A DNA stretch of 64,000 nucleotides from Dictyostelium discoideum (lineage: Eukaryota), in the NCBI GenBank assembly GCA_000004695.1, contig CM000152.2, positions 3,936,001 through 4,000,000 of the forward strand, read 5' to 3'. Positions 10,935 to 26,894 of the stretch are shown here, in pieces. Both the position numbers and the translations under genes were made by a program. Positions within the stretch are counted from its first letter, which is position 1, and each line of letters begins with the position of its first letter. The notes under the pieces were generated by a model. That model worked only from the letters and a program-made list of their open reading frames with translations, was not told the DNA's origin and did no database searches.

Positions 10935-11336
10935 GGACTATATAAAAAAAAAAAAAAAAAAAACAAAAAATTTAAAATTTAAAAAAAAAAAAAAAAAAAA
11001 GAAAAACCTAATTGTAAATAAAAAAAAGTAAATAATAAAAAAAGAAAAAGTGACAATATATATATAAATATACATTTAAAGTCACAACCTATTAAAAAAA
11101 TTTAAACAAAAAAAAATATTGTTTGATCTAAATTTTTTTTTTTTTTTTTTTTGGGAAAATCTAAAAATCTAATGAACACTGAAAGAACTGTTTGATATCT
11201 CTTTTAATCTTTTTTTATAAAACTGTTTGATATCTCTTTTAATCTTTTTTTTCATTTTTTTTTTTTTTTTATAAATTTTTTTATTTTTTTTATTTTTATA
11301 ATTTCTATTTACTATTATTACTATATTTTATATTTT

Positions 11337-11730
11337 TTAATGTCTGTTATTTCTTTTGGTTTCAAAGTATGGATCATCTTCGTCTCTGTGTTTATTTAAA
11401 TATTGCATTGGTACAGCTGATGCACATGGGTGTGGTGGTAATGGTCTTCTTTCGACATTCATGTCGATTAAAAATGCAATTGATAATGTTGCTGCAATAC
11501 CAATTAAAGCAACTTTAGCATTCTTATTATAATTAAATGGTTTAACACACCAATAACCTAAAATTTGTTATGTTATATTAATTTATTTGTATTTTTTTTT
11601 TTTTTTTTTTGATGGTATTTAGTTTTTTGATGGTTTTTGTTTTTTTTGATAGTTTTTTGTTTATATTTATATTTATATTTTATTTTGATTGAAAATATTG
11701 ATTGGTTAGATGAATGAAGAGTAATTGATG

Positions 11731-11765
<35 letters not shown>

Positions 11766-11903
11766 TTAAAACATACCTCCTGGTGGTGACCAAACAGTTT
11801 TTGGGTATGGATATCTAAAGAAAAGTTTTTAGAAATATTAGTATCAAATATTATTATCAAAAGATCTATAAATTATATATATATACCTTGGTTGAGCTCC
11901 CAT
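11337..11903 (-). CDS. small single-pass membrane protein, ~91 aa, 3 exons (11903..11887, 11814..11777, 11557..11337)
   Basis: ATGGGAGCTCAACCAAG|GTATAT. Then TTTAG|ATATCCATACCCAAAAACTGTTTGGTCACCACCAGGAG|GTATGT. Then TTTTAG|GTTATTGG...CATTAA. Phases agree (2,1). Product MGAQPRYPYPKTVWSPPGGYWCVKPFNYNKNAKVALIGIAATLSIAFLIDMNVERRPLPPHPCASAVPMQYLNKHRDEDDPYFETKRNNRH. Preferred Dictyostelium codons. Possibly a small respiratory-chain or ATP-synthase accessory subunit, but not assignable. Confidence 0.6.
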
Positions 11904-11965
11904 TATGTATATATTTCTGTGGATTGATTATAAAAATTGTGTAAATATGAAAAATAAAAAAAAAA

Positions 11966-11996
<31 letters not shown>

Positions 11997-12022
11997 TAAA
12001 AAAAAAAAATAGAAATTTGGAC

Positions 12023-12066
<44 letters not shown>

Positions 12067-12100
12067 CATATTTCTTTTCCCTGTTTATCTATTATTAATA

Positions 12101-12205
12101 ATGATGAATAGAGTAACTAAATTCACTACCATTTTAAACAATTCATATAAATTATCATTATCAAGGTGTAATTCAAATTATAAACTTTATTCAACAACAA
12201 ATTCA

Positions 12206-12245
<40 letters not shown>

Positions 12246-12457
12246 TTACTGATAGTGAAAATAATAATTTTAACAATACTACCACACTCAGCATTTCAAA
12301 TGAAAATGAAAGTTATGATCACTTTTTCCATAAAGAGAGTCCATTCAATAATAAAATTATAAATTTCAATGCTTATGATTTCGATAAAAAATTGTAAGTT
12401 ACTATTTTTAACTTTATTTTTTATTTTTTTTTTTTTCCTTAAATTTTCAATTGTAAT

Positions 12458-12489
<32 letters not shown>

Positions 12490-14782
12490 TAAATGTATTT
12501 TAGAAGATAAACTAAATGATTTTTTAAATTTAAAATATATTTTAAATAAAATTAAAATTTTATCATATTGTGAAGAATTTGGAGAGAAATATTATGCAAG
12601 TTCAGTTTATCAATCAATATTTATAGAATTAATTGAAAAGGATAAAATTAAAATTATTGAAAAAATTATTAAAAATTTATTTCAATTAGGTATTGGTAGA
12701 TATGATATTATGAATATTAAAGATAAATTATTTTGGGATAAAATTTTATCAAACATTATAGCAAATTTAATATTTTTTAATGAAAATGTTTTATCAACAA
12801 TTTCTATAAATAGTAATAGTAATAATAATAATAATACTATAAAAGAAAAATATAATAAAATAATTCAAATTTTTAAAGAATGTTTAAAAAATTCACCAAA
12901 TAAAGATTTAAATGAATTTGTAATATCAAAATTATTAACATTATATTTAAAAGGTTCATCATCATCAATAAATTCAGAAAAATTTTATTCAATGGCAATT
13001 AGATGGTCAATAGTTTCATTAAATTCATTAGAAATATCACCTTTAATAATTTATCACCATTTTTGGATATTTCATAAAAATTATAAAGTCGAATCAAATT
13101 TAATTAAAACTTCAAATTTCCAATATTGGGATACACTTTTACAAAGATATGAATTATTAACATTAGATCATCATGATAATTATGAATCCAATTTAAATTT
13201 CCAAATTGAAAAACAAAAAATTAAAAATAAAATTGAAAATGAATTCTTTCAAGAAAATAATAATAATTATAATAATAATCCAATTGAATTAATTAATCAA
13301 ATTAAAATTAATGTTAAAAATAATTTTATATCACAAATTTTTAATGAAAATAATAATAATAATAGTAATTATAATAATAATAATGAAGAAATTGATAAAT
13401 TAATTGAAAATAAAGAAATTGATAAATTAATTGAAAAATTTAGTAATGAACAATTTAAATTAATAGAAATTTCAAAAGGTGATTTTATAATTAAATTATC
13501 TGAATGTATTAGAAGAGAAGATCCAATTAAACATTGTAAATGGGTTATGGAATGTGTACCAAAAACAATGACACCACTATTGATTTATATGAATAGTTAT
13601 GAATTGGTAATGTATGATATTGAAAAAGGTATTGAAATTTTAATGGGTAAACAGGTTTCATCAAAAAAAGCATTATTTAAATATTCAGAAATTCATGATC
13701 CAAAATTTAAAATTTCAGTCACAATTGGTTTATTAAAAATTAATCAATTCAATTTGGCAAGTCAAGTTTTAAGTTCATTATTATCTGAATTATATTTTAG
13801 ACCAATAAAGAAACTATTATCAGAAAGAACCACCCCAACATCAACAAAATCAGATTACCATTTAAAATACTCTGAAATCATATCCATATTAAATCAAACT
13901 AAATATTTTAATTCCTTTTTTAATAAATTCATAATAAATTCAAATTATTATAATTATTCAAAAGAATTAAAATTATTACAAAATAGGAAATTTTGTAAAT
14001 TAAATGATTTTAATTTTAATTTTATTGTAAAAATTCAAGAAGCAATTAAAAATATTAATTCAAATAGTGTGGGTAGTGAAAAAGAAATTTCTATTAATGA
14101 ATTAGTACCATTACCAATTTTGAATTTAATATTGTCAAATAAGTTTAAATCTGTCGGGAAATCAATGGGTGCAAAATCATTTTATGAATCTATGATTGTA
14201 AAGGACGAAATTACATTGGATATCGGGTTGGAGATATTATCAAAACGTTATCCAATACCACCAATTGAAAATATTTACCATTGGGAGAGTATAAAGAATG
14301 ATTATATTAATTTGGGTATTCCAGTAGACCATTTTCATAATTCATTATTAAGAATTTTAAAAAAAAATAATAATTATGAAAATAATAATAATTTAAGTAT
14401 AATTAAAACTTTATATGAAAATAATGTATTCAAAATTTATAATTTATCACAAGATTCCTTATTAATTTTATTAGAATCTTATTTCGATCCTATTAATCCA
14501 AGCAAATCAACTAAAAGAGATAATGATATGGTTTTTCAAATATTTCAACAGTATAGGTCAACTGATAGCCTTAATAATTCATTAGTAAATTATTTAATTC
14601 AATTTAATAATATTATTGGAAATGATGAAATTTATCAATTTTTAAAGAAAATTAATAATTTTAAAATAATTAATGATGATAGACCAATTCCACAATATTC
14701 AAATTCTTTAAGTAAAAATACAATTTCATATCTTGAATTAATAATAAATGATGATATTATTATAAAAATAAATAATAATTAA
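12101..14782 (+). CDS. hypothetical ~860-aa helical-repeat protein with mitochondrial-presequence-like N-terminus (exons 12101..12393, 12484..14782)
   Basis: Exon 1 MMNRVTKFTTILNNSYKLSLSRCNSNYKLYST... ends exactly at a GTAAGT donor (12394). The downstream frame is open from 12443 to the stop at 14782 (track ORF 12710..14782). The only frame-compatible acceptor is AAAAAAAAG|AG at 12483. No recognisable catalytic motifs. The poly-F start of track ORF 12017 is an artefact. Confidence 0.55.
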
Positions 14783-15370
14783 TTTTAAAAAAAAAAAAAA
14801 AAATTTCAAAAAAAAAAAAAAAAAAAAAATTTCAATTTCCCAACATAACACAAAATTGTGGTTGACAAAAAAAAAAAAAAACAAAAAAAAAATAATTATT
14901 ATAAAATTTTGATCTCTGTGTAGTTCAAAAAAAAAAAAACAAACAATGTTTTGAGTCGAGCTGGTCACGATTTGAAAATAAAAAAAAAATCAAAAAAATG
15001 TTTTTTTTTTTTAGTTTAAAAATAAAAAAATTTAATTTTTAAATTGCTTTCATTTTTTTATTTTTATTTTTTTTTTTTTTTTGTATTATTTATTTTTACT
15101 AATTAAATTTAATAAAAAAAATTAAAATAAATAAAAAAAAATAAAAAATAAAAAATAAATAAACTTTTTTTTTTTTTTTTTCATTTTTCATTTTTCATTC
15201 AAACACACACCTAACACACTACTCTCAAAAAAAAAGTAATAAATAAATAAATAATAAATTAATTAAATAAATAAATAAAATTTTATTCATATTTAATTAA
15301 ATTTTCTTTCTTAAAATAAATATAACCTCAATATGTTTTTTTTTTTTTTTTTTGATATTAAAAATAAAAA

Positions 15371-19510
<4,140 letters not shown>

Positions 19511-20013
19511 AATAATAATAAACCATATAAAAAACAAACAAACAAACAAATAAACAAACAAACAATTGATTGATTGATGATATACTCTAAATATCTTTAA
19601 CCAACTATATAATAAATCAAATGAAGAATAAAAAAAAGAGTAAATTTATATACATTTTGTATTATAAATTTCTAAAGCGTATAACATATATATATATTTT
19701 TTTTTAATTACATTTTTGTTTTATTTTTATTTTTTCCCTATAAAAAAAAAAAATAATAATATGTTAGTAAGGTTTTTGATTGAATCTATATTATATAAAT
19801 GATCAATCAGATATAAAAATATCTTACTTTTAGTTTTTTTTTTTTTTTTTTTTTAAACTATTTTGTTTAAATTCTTATTTTAAAAATTGGTTGTATATGT
19901 TTTTTGGTTGTGTGTGTAAGTGTTGTATGTATGTGTTTGTGTATTTGTTAAATTTTTTTTTTTTTTTTACTTTTCCCAAAACCTGTATATATTGAATATT
20001 TTGTTTGATAAAT

Positions 20014-20181
20014 TTAATGATGGTTGTTTTCACCATGTGTATCTTTTTTATTATCCATAATTGTTTCAATGATAACGTATGCTGTGAATAAACCAACTGC
20101 TGGTAAAAAACCTGGTAATACTGAGTTGAATCTTGGTTTGAAGATTGCTTTACTTCTCCATGCGTTAATATCTCCAAAAAT
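20014..20181 (-). CDS. small single-TM protein exon (~55 aa) with highly biased codon usage; start codon probably in a separate upstream micro-exon
   Basis: Minus-strand frame IFGDINAWRSKAIFKPRFNSVLPGFLPAVGLFTAYVIIETIMDNKKDTHGENNHH* uses TTC/AAC/ATC/TAC/GGT/CCA/AGA codons typical of highly expressed Dictyostelium genes. It is bounded upstream by an AATAATAG| acceptor at 20182 and an in-frame TAG. Candidate start ATG|GTTTGT at 20307..20305, giving a 123-nt intron. The overlapping track ORFs 20024..20221(+) and 19875..20177(-) use TTG starts and non-preferred codons, and are rejected. Confidence 0.5.
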   Translation of the reverse strand: MFGDINAWRSKAIFKPRFNSVLPGFLPAVGLFTAYVIIETIMDNKKDTHGENNHH

Positions 20182-20976
20182 CTATTATTACCAATACATT
20201 TACATAATAGATAAAAATTAGTATGTTTTAAGTGTTATGATTATGATTTAATAATAATAATAATCATAATAATAATAATTAAAATCAAAAGAAAAAAAAC
20301 AAACCATTTTTTTAAATTATGTAATGTGAGTGAAAAATAAAAAATAAAAAATAAAAAACTATGAAAAAAAAAAAAAAAAAAAAAAAAAATTGAAATATAT
20401 TTTCATTTTTTTTTTTTTTTTTTTTTTCTTTTTTTTTTTTTTCTTTTTTTTTTTAATCAAAAATTTAAACAATGATTTAATTTTATTTTTTAGAATATAA
20501 ATATAGAGTACTCAAAAATACACAAAATGATATAAAATATAAAAAAAAAAAAAAACAAAATTAAAAACTAAATGTTATTGGAAATAAATTTTATTTACCT
20601 GCTTAATCAATTTTAAAATAAAAATATAAAAATAAAAATAAAATAAGATTTTTCAAATCCACTTTAGATAATCTAAGGGTGAATAATCTAGATCTATTTT
20701 TTTACTTGCCAAAAATAAAAAATTGTCCCAAACCCAATTTTTTTTGAGCCAAACAAACCTCTTTTTTTTTAAAAATCTGGACTGGTAAAAATAAAAAATT
20801 ATCCCAAACCTTTTTTTTTGCATTTTTTTAAGTGATAAAAACACAAAACACTTCTTTTTTATTCACCAAACCTGAAACGATAATTTTTTTATTTAAATTT
20901 ATTTAAATTTATTTTTTTTGGTATTAAATTGTTTTTTTTTAATTCAGCATCAAGGATCCCAAAACTAATAAACCAG

Positions 20977-21024
<48 letters not shown>

Positions 21025-21130
21025 AAACCACAAATTAATTTATACAATATAAAATATAATATTATAAAATAAAATACACATAAATACAATATAATTATAT
21101 AATATAATATAATAATCTCAATCAATAAAA

Positions 21131-22162
21131 ATGTCAATTATTCCTTTCAGTCCACATAAAGATAGTTTTATTTATGATCATAATAAAAAAGATAAAAAAT
21201 TAAACTTAACTGATGAAGAACTCTCTGAAATAGATTTAGGAAAATTGAGTTTAGAAAATGAACAATTAAAGCAATTAGATAATTCTAATGAAGTTTTACG
21301 TGCCATTTTATGGAATTCAAAAGGAGAAACAAAATCAGGATATGCTGCCTTTAGAAAGTTATTATCTAAAATAATTACAAATGATGTTAATTTTGATCTT
21401 TTCATTACCCAAGAACCATTAAGTGTAGTTAATAAGAATTATATTGATAATTATTTTAATAATGGCTTTGATATAGTTTATCCAGTTAAAAGAAAAGCAA
21501 GAAAGGAAGTTGCAATAATATATAGAAAGGAAAAAATTCAAGTATTGAAAAACGAAAATCCATATTCTCTAATTGAAGAAAGCTTAATTAAGGATAAAAT
21601 TGAATATTCAAATTTCTTTGTCATGAATGGAAAAGGAAGAATTCAAATTACACAGTTTAAAACTCTTACTGAATCACCAACCAATATTTGTGTTTTCAAT
21701 ATTCATTCAGTTTATAGATTCAGTGATAAAGTAAAGGAAGATTTTATTTTAAATTTTTTTAAATTTGTAAAATGGTATATCAATAAAATTTTAAGTCCAA
21801 ATGAAGAGGAATTCAATTTACTTGTGGCTGGTGATTTCAATTATGATATTTATTTAAAAGAGTTTCCAGATTTAGTTTTAAACAAACTTGGATTAAAAAT
21901 TGTTATTCCTTCTCCACCAACTATTGACTCTTCTTATGATGAAAAAGAAATTGCTCCAACATATATAGATTATTTTTTAACAGTCTATGATGATAGAAAT
22001 GGTTTAAAAGTTTGTGATGTCAGTAAATTACCAATAAGATTTGATAACTATCAAGATGAATTTGAAGGAGCTGCAGATTTAAGACAAGATAAAGACCTAT
22101 TGTCCTCTAAAGTTTCAACTCATGATCCACAATATTGTTGTTTAAAAATTAAATCTAAATAG
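21131..22162 (+). CDS. endonuclease/exonuclease/phosphatase (EEP) fold protein, 343 aa
   Basis: Single ORF. ...ILWNSKGE..., LVAGDFNYDIY, IDYFLTV and C-terminal ...STHDP... match the EEP signature order (WN.xG ... GDFN ... IDY ... SDH-like). No RT or other retroelement ORF follows, so I read it as a cellular EEP enzyme. Confidence 0.55.
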   Translation: MSIIPFSPHKDSFIYDHNKKDKKLNLTDEELSEIDLGKLSLENEQLKQLDNSNEVLRAILWNSKGETKSGYAAFRKLLSKIITNDVNFDLFITQEPLSVVNKNYIDNYFNNGFDIVYPVKRKARKEVAIIYRKEKIQVLKNENPYSLIEESLIKDKIEYSNFFVMNGKGRIQITQFKTLTESPTNICVFNIHSVYRFSDKVKEDFILNFFKFVKWYINKILSPNEEEFNLLVAGDFNYDIYLKEFPDLVLNKLGLKIVIPSPPTIDSSYDEKEIAPTYIDYFLTVYDDRNGLKVCDVSKLPIRFDNYQDEFEGAADLRQDKDLLSSKVSTHDPQYCCLKIKSK

Positions 22163-22291
22163 AATCATTTTTTTAATACTCCAATTAATTTTTTAAAAAA
22201 AAAAAAAAAAAAAATTAAATTCAAAAAAACAATAAGTCGGTCCAAGTCCGAAATCAATATTGCACTTCAGTAAAATTAAAAAAAAAAAAAG

Positions 22292-22325
<34 letters not shown>

Positions 22326-22897
22326 TAAAAACTATCGTCTGGGATCATCACCACTCGCCCAGTCAAGCACCAATTTAAAATGTGGCCTAAAAAAAAAAAG
22401 TAAAAAAATAAAAAAATAAAAAAAAAAGTAAAAAATAAAAAAGTAAAAAAGTATTAAAAAAAAAAAAAAAGGGTATTAAAAAAAACAAAACAATTAAAAT
22501 ATTATTTAGGAAATATTCAATATAAAGAGAATGTTTTTATAAATTAATTTTAACTAATCAGTATAGAAATCCAAATATTTCCTGTGTAAGATTTGAATTT
22601 TTAAATCAATATTTCAAATAATTAATTTAAAAAAAAAAAAAAAATTTGATTTATACATCAAAAAAATTTGGTAAATGTTTAGTAATTTGAAGATATTGGT
22701 ATCATACTCAAAAATTTAAAATTTTTTATTTCGATTTTTTTAAAACATTTTCATTAAAATTCAATCCTGGTAAAAATATCTTAATTTATTTTTTTTAATT
22801 TTTTTTTAAAATATAGCCCATCTAATTTTTTTCTTTTTTTTTTTTTTAATTTTTATTTTTTATTATTATTTAAAATAGATTAAAAAAAAAAAAAAAA

Positions 22898-23659
22898 ATG
22901 AAGATATTATTTTCTTTAATATTAATTATAACAATAACAATTAATTATTGTAAATCAATGAATTTAGATACTAATAGAATTGATTATTCAAAGATTAATA
23001 AAGGTTTAAACCAACAACAATGTTTTACATCAAGCAGTCAATTTCCAACAGGTTACCAAAGTGAATTTATTGAGTTTAGTTTCAATGGTAATTTCCCACA
23101 AAATGATGGTAGTGGTGGTGTTCAACAATTATCATTTTTTGAAAAGGGTTTCATTGACATGGATTTTGTTGGAGAGCAATTGTTTGTAGAATATTACTTT
23201 GATGATGGTAATACTCAAAGTTTAGGTAAATTATGGGGTTTCTCAGGAAATAGTACTCAATATATTAGTGTTAATGTAAATGGTACAAATTATTGTATTG
23301 AACAACCATTAAAATTTACAGTTCCAACTTTTAATGGTTTAACCTATATTGGTGATTACGAAATTGGTAGTGTTCAATGTGACGTTTTCGAAGGTCAATC
23401 TGTAACTGGTAATTTCACTAAACAACTTGTCTTTGTTGATAAATCCGATTGCAGTTTCATTTCAAGTAATGGTGAAAACATTAATTCCCCACTTGGTTAC
23501 TCAATAATGAATTTATACAAATTCCAATCATCTGCTGACCCATCTTATTTCCAATTACCAAACAGTTGCCTCAATCCTCCATCAACTTTATTAAAAAACT
23601 CTCAAATTAAAAAATTAACTCAAGTATTACCAAAAATAATTGAATATTATCCATTTTAA
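22898..23659 (+). CDS. hypothetical secreted protein, 253 aa (N-terminal signal peptide, Cys-containing, N-glycosylation sites)
   Basis: MKILFSLILIITITINYCKS signal-like N-terminus. Non-repetitive body with six spaced Cys and several NxT/S motifs. No recognisable domain. Confidence 0.6.
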   Translation: MKILFSLILIITITINYCKSMNLDTNRIDYSKINKGLNQQQCFTSSSQFPTGYQSEFIEFSFNGNFPQNDGSGGVQQLSFFEKGFIDMDFVGEQLFVEYYFDDGNTQSLGKLWGFSGNSTQYISVNVNGTNYCIEQPLKFTVPTFNGLTYIGDYEIGSVQCDVFEGQSVTGNFTKQLVFVDKSDCSFISSNGENINSPLGYSIMNLYKFQSSADPSYFQLPNSCLNPPSTLLKNSQIKKLTQVLPKIIEYYPF

Positions 23660-23818
23660 ATTATTATAAAATAAAATTTATTTATAAATAAATATTTCTT
23701 TTTTTTTTTTTTAAAAATCTAGAACAAATAGATTCTATATTTATTTTTTTTATTTTTTTTTTTTCAATTGGGTAATCAAATGTTTGGTTGAAATAATTTT
23801 ATAATATTTTATTTTTTA

Positions 23819-24318
23819 TTATAATAATGATTCCATAGTTGTTTTAGCATTTATTTCTCTAATATGTTTAACTTGTTTAAAAACCATTATAAATAATTGA
23901 ATTACCATTGTTGAAGCTAATAGAATGTATAAAACCATAATTGGAGTGATTTTACGTTCAACTTGTTTCTCTGGATGCTTATAATATTCTTCTTTATAAA
24001 ATGGATTTTCAGAATTAAATAAAATAGGTGATGCTGAATTTGATGATGGTTGAGAACCAGTAAAAACTTGACTTGGTTGAAAACCTTGAAAATGTTGATT
24101 AGATTGAATATTACCACCTCCCATTGGTATATGGTGATGAGGTGGTATTTGCTTATGAATAACTGGACGACCACCATTTACCAAATTATGATTATGAGGA
24201 GGATGAGGAAAAGGTTGAGGAGTATTACTATTTACTTTTGGTTTATTATTAATAAATGGATTTGGATCTTTTGTAGCTGGTGATGGTATATTATTTCTTA
24301 TATTTTTATTATCATTAA

Positions 24319-24385
<67 letters not shown>

Positions 24386-24946
24386 ATTGTTTTTGTTGAT
24401 ATTATTTACATGATTTGTTTGAACATGCCCTTGGGTATTATGACCACTATGTGGAGCAGCATTTGGACTATGATAATGTGGAGCACCATTGGGACCATGG
24501 TGATGTGGAGCGCCATTTGGACCATGATGATGTGGTGCACCATTGGGACCATGGTGATGTGGTACTCTTTGTTGAGTATGATGTGGTGGGGTTTTTATTA
24601 CATTTTGGGAATTTGGGAAATGTTGTTGTTGTTGTAGTAATTGCTGTTGTGGTTGCTGTTGTTGTTGAATTTTTTGTTGCTGTTGTTGTTGTTCTAATTG
24701 CTTTTGTTGTTGTTGTAATTGTTGTTGTTGTGGTTGTTGTTGTTGTTTTATTTGTTGGTTTGGTTGGTGTTGTTGTTGGTGTTGTTGGTGTTGTTGATGG
24801 TGATGGTGGTGGTGGTGAGGCTGTGTTTGTTGTTGTTTTTGTTTTTGTTGTTGTTGTGGTATTAACTTAGATGGGGTAGTATTTTGACATATAACAATTT
24901 TTAAAATAATAAAAATAATTAAAATAATAAATAATTTATTTTTCAT
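23819..24946 (-). CDS. Q/H-rich type-I membrane protein, 375 aa (signal peptide, (PHHHGPNGA)x3 repeats, poly-N, C-terminal TM)
   Basis: Track ORF starts MKNKLFIILIIFIILKIVICQ. The body is mostly QQQ/HHH low complexity with three tandem PHHHGPNGA units and one TM helix near the C-terminus (ITPIMVLYILLASTMVIQLFIMVF). The antisense ORFs 24415..24870 are shadows. Confidence 0.6.
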
Positions 24947-25058
24947 TTTCTTTTTATTTATTTATACTCATAGTAACATAATAGATGATATAATATAAAA
25001 AAAAAAAATTTTAAAAATGTTATTACTTACATTTATTTTTTTTAAATATTATTTTTTT

Positions 25059-25097
<39 letters not shown>

Positions 25098-25173
25098 CTA
25101 CAACTTTTGTATTTTTATATTCTACAAATAATTCCCACACCCACTAACTATTATTATTATATTAATTTTTTTC

Positions 25174-25206
<33 letters not shown>

Positions 25207-25440
25207 TTTAAAAAAAAATAGAATCAAACAAATTAAAAAAAAAGGAAAAAGTAATAAAGGTTTTTTAAAAAATAATTGTTTATTTAATTAATAATTCGAA
25301 TTATTCCATTTATCAGTTTGAAGTAATTTTAAATTGGATTGGGGGAATTTTTTTTTTTTTTTATAAAATGAAATTTCATTTTTTAAATTGATATTGTTTA
25401 ATATTTTTTAAGAATTAAGAAACCATAAAGAACCTGAAGT

Positions 25441-25602
25441 TTAAAATTGAACACCACCTTTATTACCAAGTGGATTGTTATTTTGAATTTTAGATTTATT
25501 TTCAGAATTAATTTGAAGAGATTTTGAATTTATATTATTATTATTATTTAATGATGATGGTGATGATTTATTTATAATATTAATTAAAGAATTGAAAATC
25601 AT
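25441..25602 (-). CDS. possible small ORF (53 aa) MIFNSLINIINKSSPSSLNNNNINSKSLQINSENKSKIQNNNPLGNKGGVQF
   Basis: ATG-to-TAA ORF below the track cutoff. Slightly GC-enriched relative to flanks, with Dictyostelium-preferred codons. Low-complexity; could be spurious. Confidence 0.2.
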   Translation of the reverse strand: MIFNSLINIINKSSPSSLNNNNNINSKSLQINSENKSKIQNNNPLGNKGGVQF

Positions 25603-26828
25603 TTTTTTTATTTTAATTATTTTATTTATTTATATTTTAATGAAATTTTAAAATTTGTTTTTATTAATTAAATTTTAATTTTAATTTATTTAATTTAATT
25701 TTATTTTATTTGTTTGAATAATGAAATAAAAATAAAAAATCATGTTTGATTAAATACTTAATTTTTTAGAAATAAAAATCAATAAAATTAATAAAAATTA
25801 AAAATAAAAAATTGACAGGGTTGCAAATTAAAAAAAAAAATTAGTTAAAAAACGAAAATAAGTTTAAAACTATCTAATAATAGTATTGATGTTATTTTTA
25901 TATCCAAAAAATGAAGATAAAGTGAAATCAAATCAAATTCTATTGTTTTTTTTTAGAACAATTATTGTACAAATATAATCAATTTTTTACACATTGTCCA
26001 ATTTTATAAAAAAATAATTTAAATTGATTTTATTGAACAACCCCACCACAAAAAAATAAAAAAATAAAAAAATAATTAAATTATTAATTAAATAATTAAA
26101 TAATTTAATAAATATATAAATGATAAAAAAAATGGTGAATTTTTTGTGGTGAACTTAACACCATTAAAAATTGATTATTAAAGTTTGTATGATAATATTA
26201 CTTTTCATATTATTGTTATTTTCAGTTTAATTTTAAACTCCTTTAAATCGATCGAATAATATCAATAAAGATGAGATGATCTCACTACAAAAACCTGATT
26301 CCATGGGTTTCTTAATAATATGCAATGCCAGAAAAAAATAAATCTATTTTTACAATTATTATTGAGATTAAAAATTTATTAAAAATAATAAATAAATCAC
26401 CAGCTAGTAAAAGAAACAAAAAGGAATTGTTATCAATAATTTTGTTATTATTAATTTCCTATTTAAATAATGATTAAAAAAAATAGAAAAATGCAAAAAA
26501 AAAAAAAAAAATAAAATAAAATAAAATAAAATAAAATAAACCTCATATGTAATAATATTAATTAAAAATTAATTAAAAAAAAAACTTTATATGATTCAAA
26601 AAACTTAATCATATAAGTAAAAAATAATTAATTTATTTCTATTTATTCAACATTTTTCTATTTTCATTATTACTTTAATAGAAATTAAGGTGTAAACAAA
26701 TTTATTAATTTTTGAAAAAGAAAAAAAGAAAAAAAAAGATTTTCAATTCTCGTTACTCAATTGTGAAAAAAAAAAAAAAAAAAAAACAAAAAAACAAAAA
26801 AACAAAAAAACAAAAATCTAAAAAATAT

Positions 26829-26836
26829 TCCCATAA
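26829..26836 (+). promoter_or_regulatory. DUSE-like motif TCCCATAA ([AT]CCCA[CT]AA)
   Basis: Matches the Dictyostelium upstream sequence element found ~60-65 nt upstream of ncRNA genes (class I RNAs, snRNAs, SRP RNA). It lies ~60 nt upstream of the GC-rich island starting ~26895. A TATA-like TATTTATG sits at 26866-26873. Confidence 0.45.
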
Positions 26837-26894
26837 AAAAAAAAATCAAACTTCTCATATTTATGTAAACGCTGAATTATTTTTATAATTAACA

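Noticed and set aside
12017-12100. Poly-F N-terminal extension of track ORF 12017..12397 (MDDFFFFFFF...)
   Set aside because: TTG/ATG in a T-run upstream of the real ATG at 12101. The mitochondrial-presequence-like start MMNRVTKF... is the credible initiation site.
20024-20221. Track ORF on plus strand (MFSPCVSF...) overlapping the small-protein exon
   Set aside because: Starts at TTG and uses rare codons (ACG, GTG, GAG, CTC, GCG), whereas the minus-strand frame uses the highly-expressed codon set and ends cleanly.
26240-26310. Short ORF MISLQKPDSMGFLIICNARKK and GAGATGATCTC palindrome
   Set aside because: At 21 codons with no supporting signal it is indistinguishable from chance in this composition. 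It is also not GC-enriched like the 26.9-kb island.
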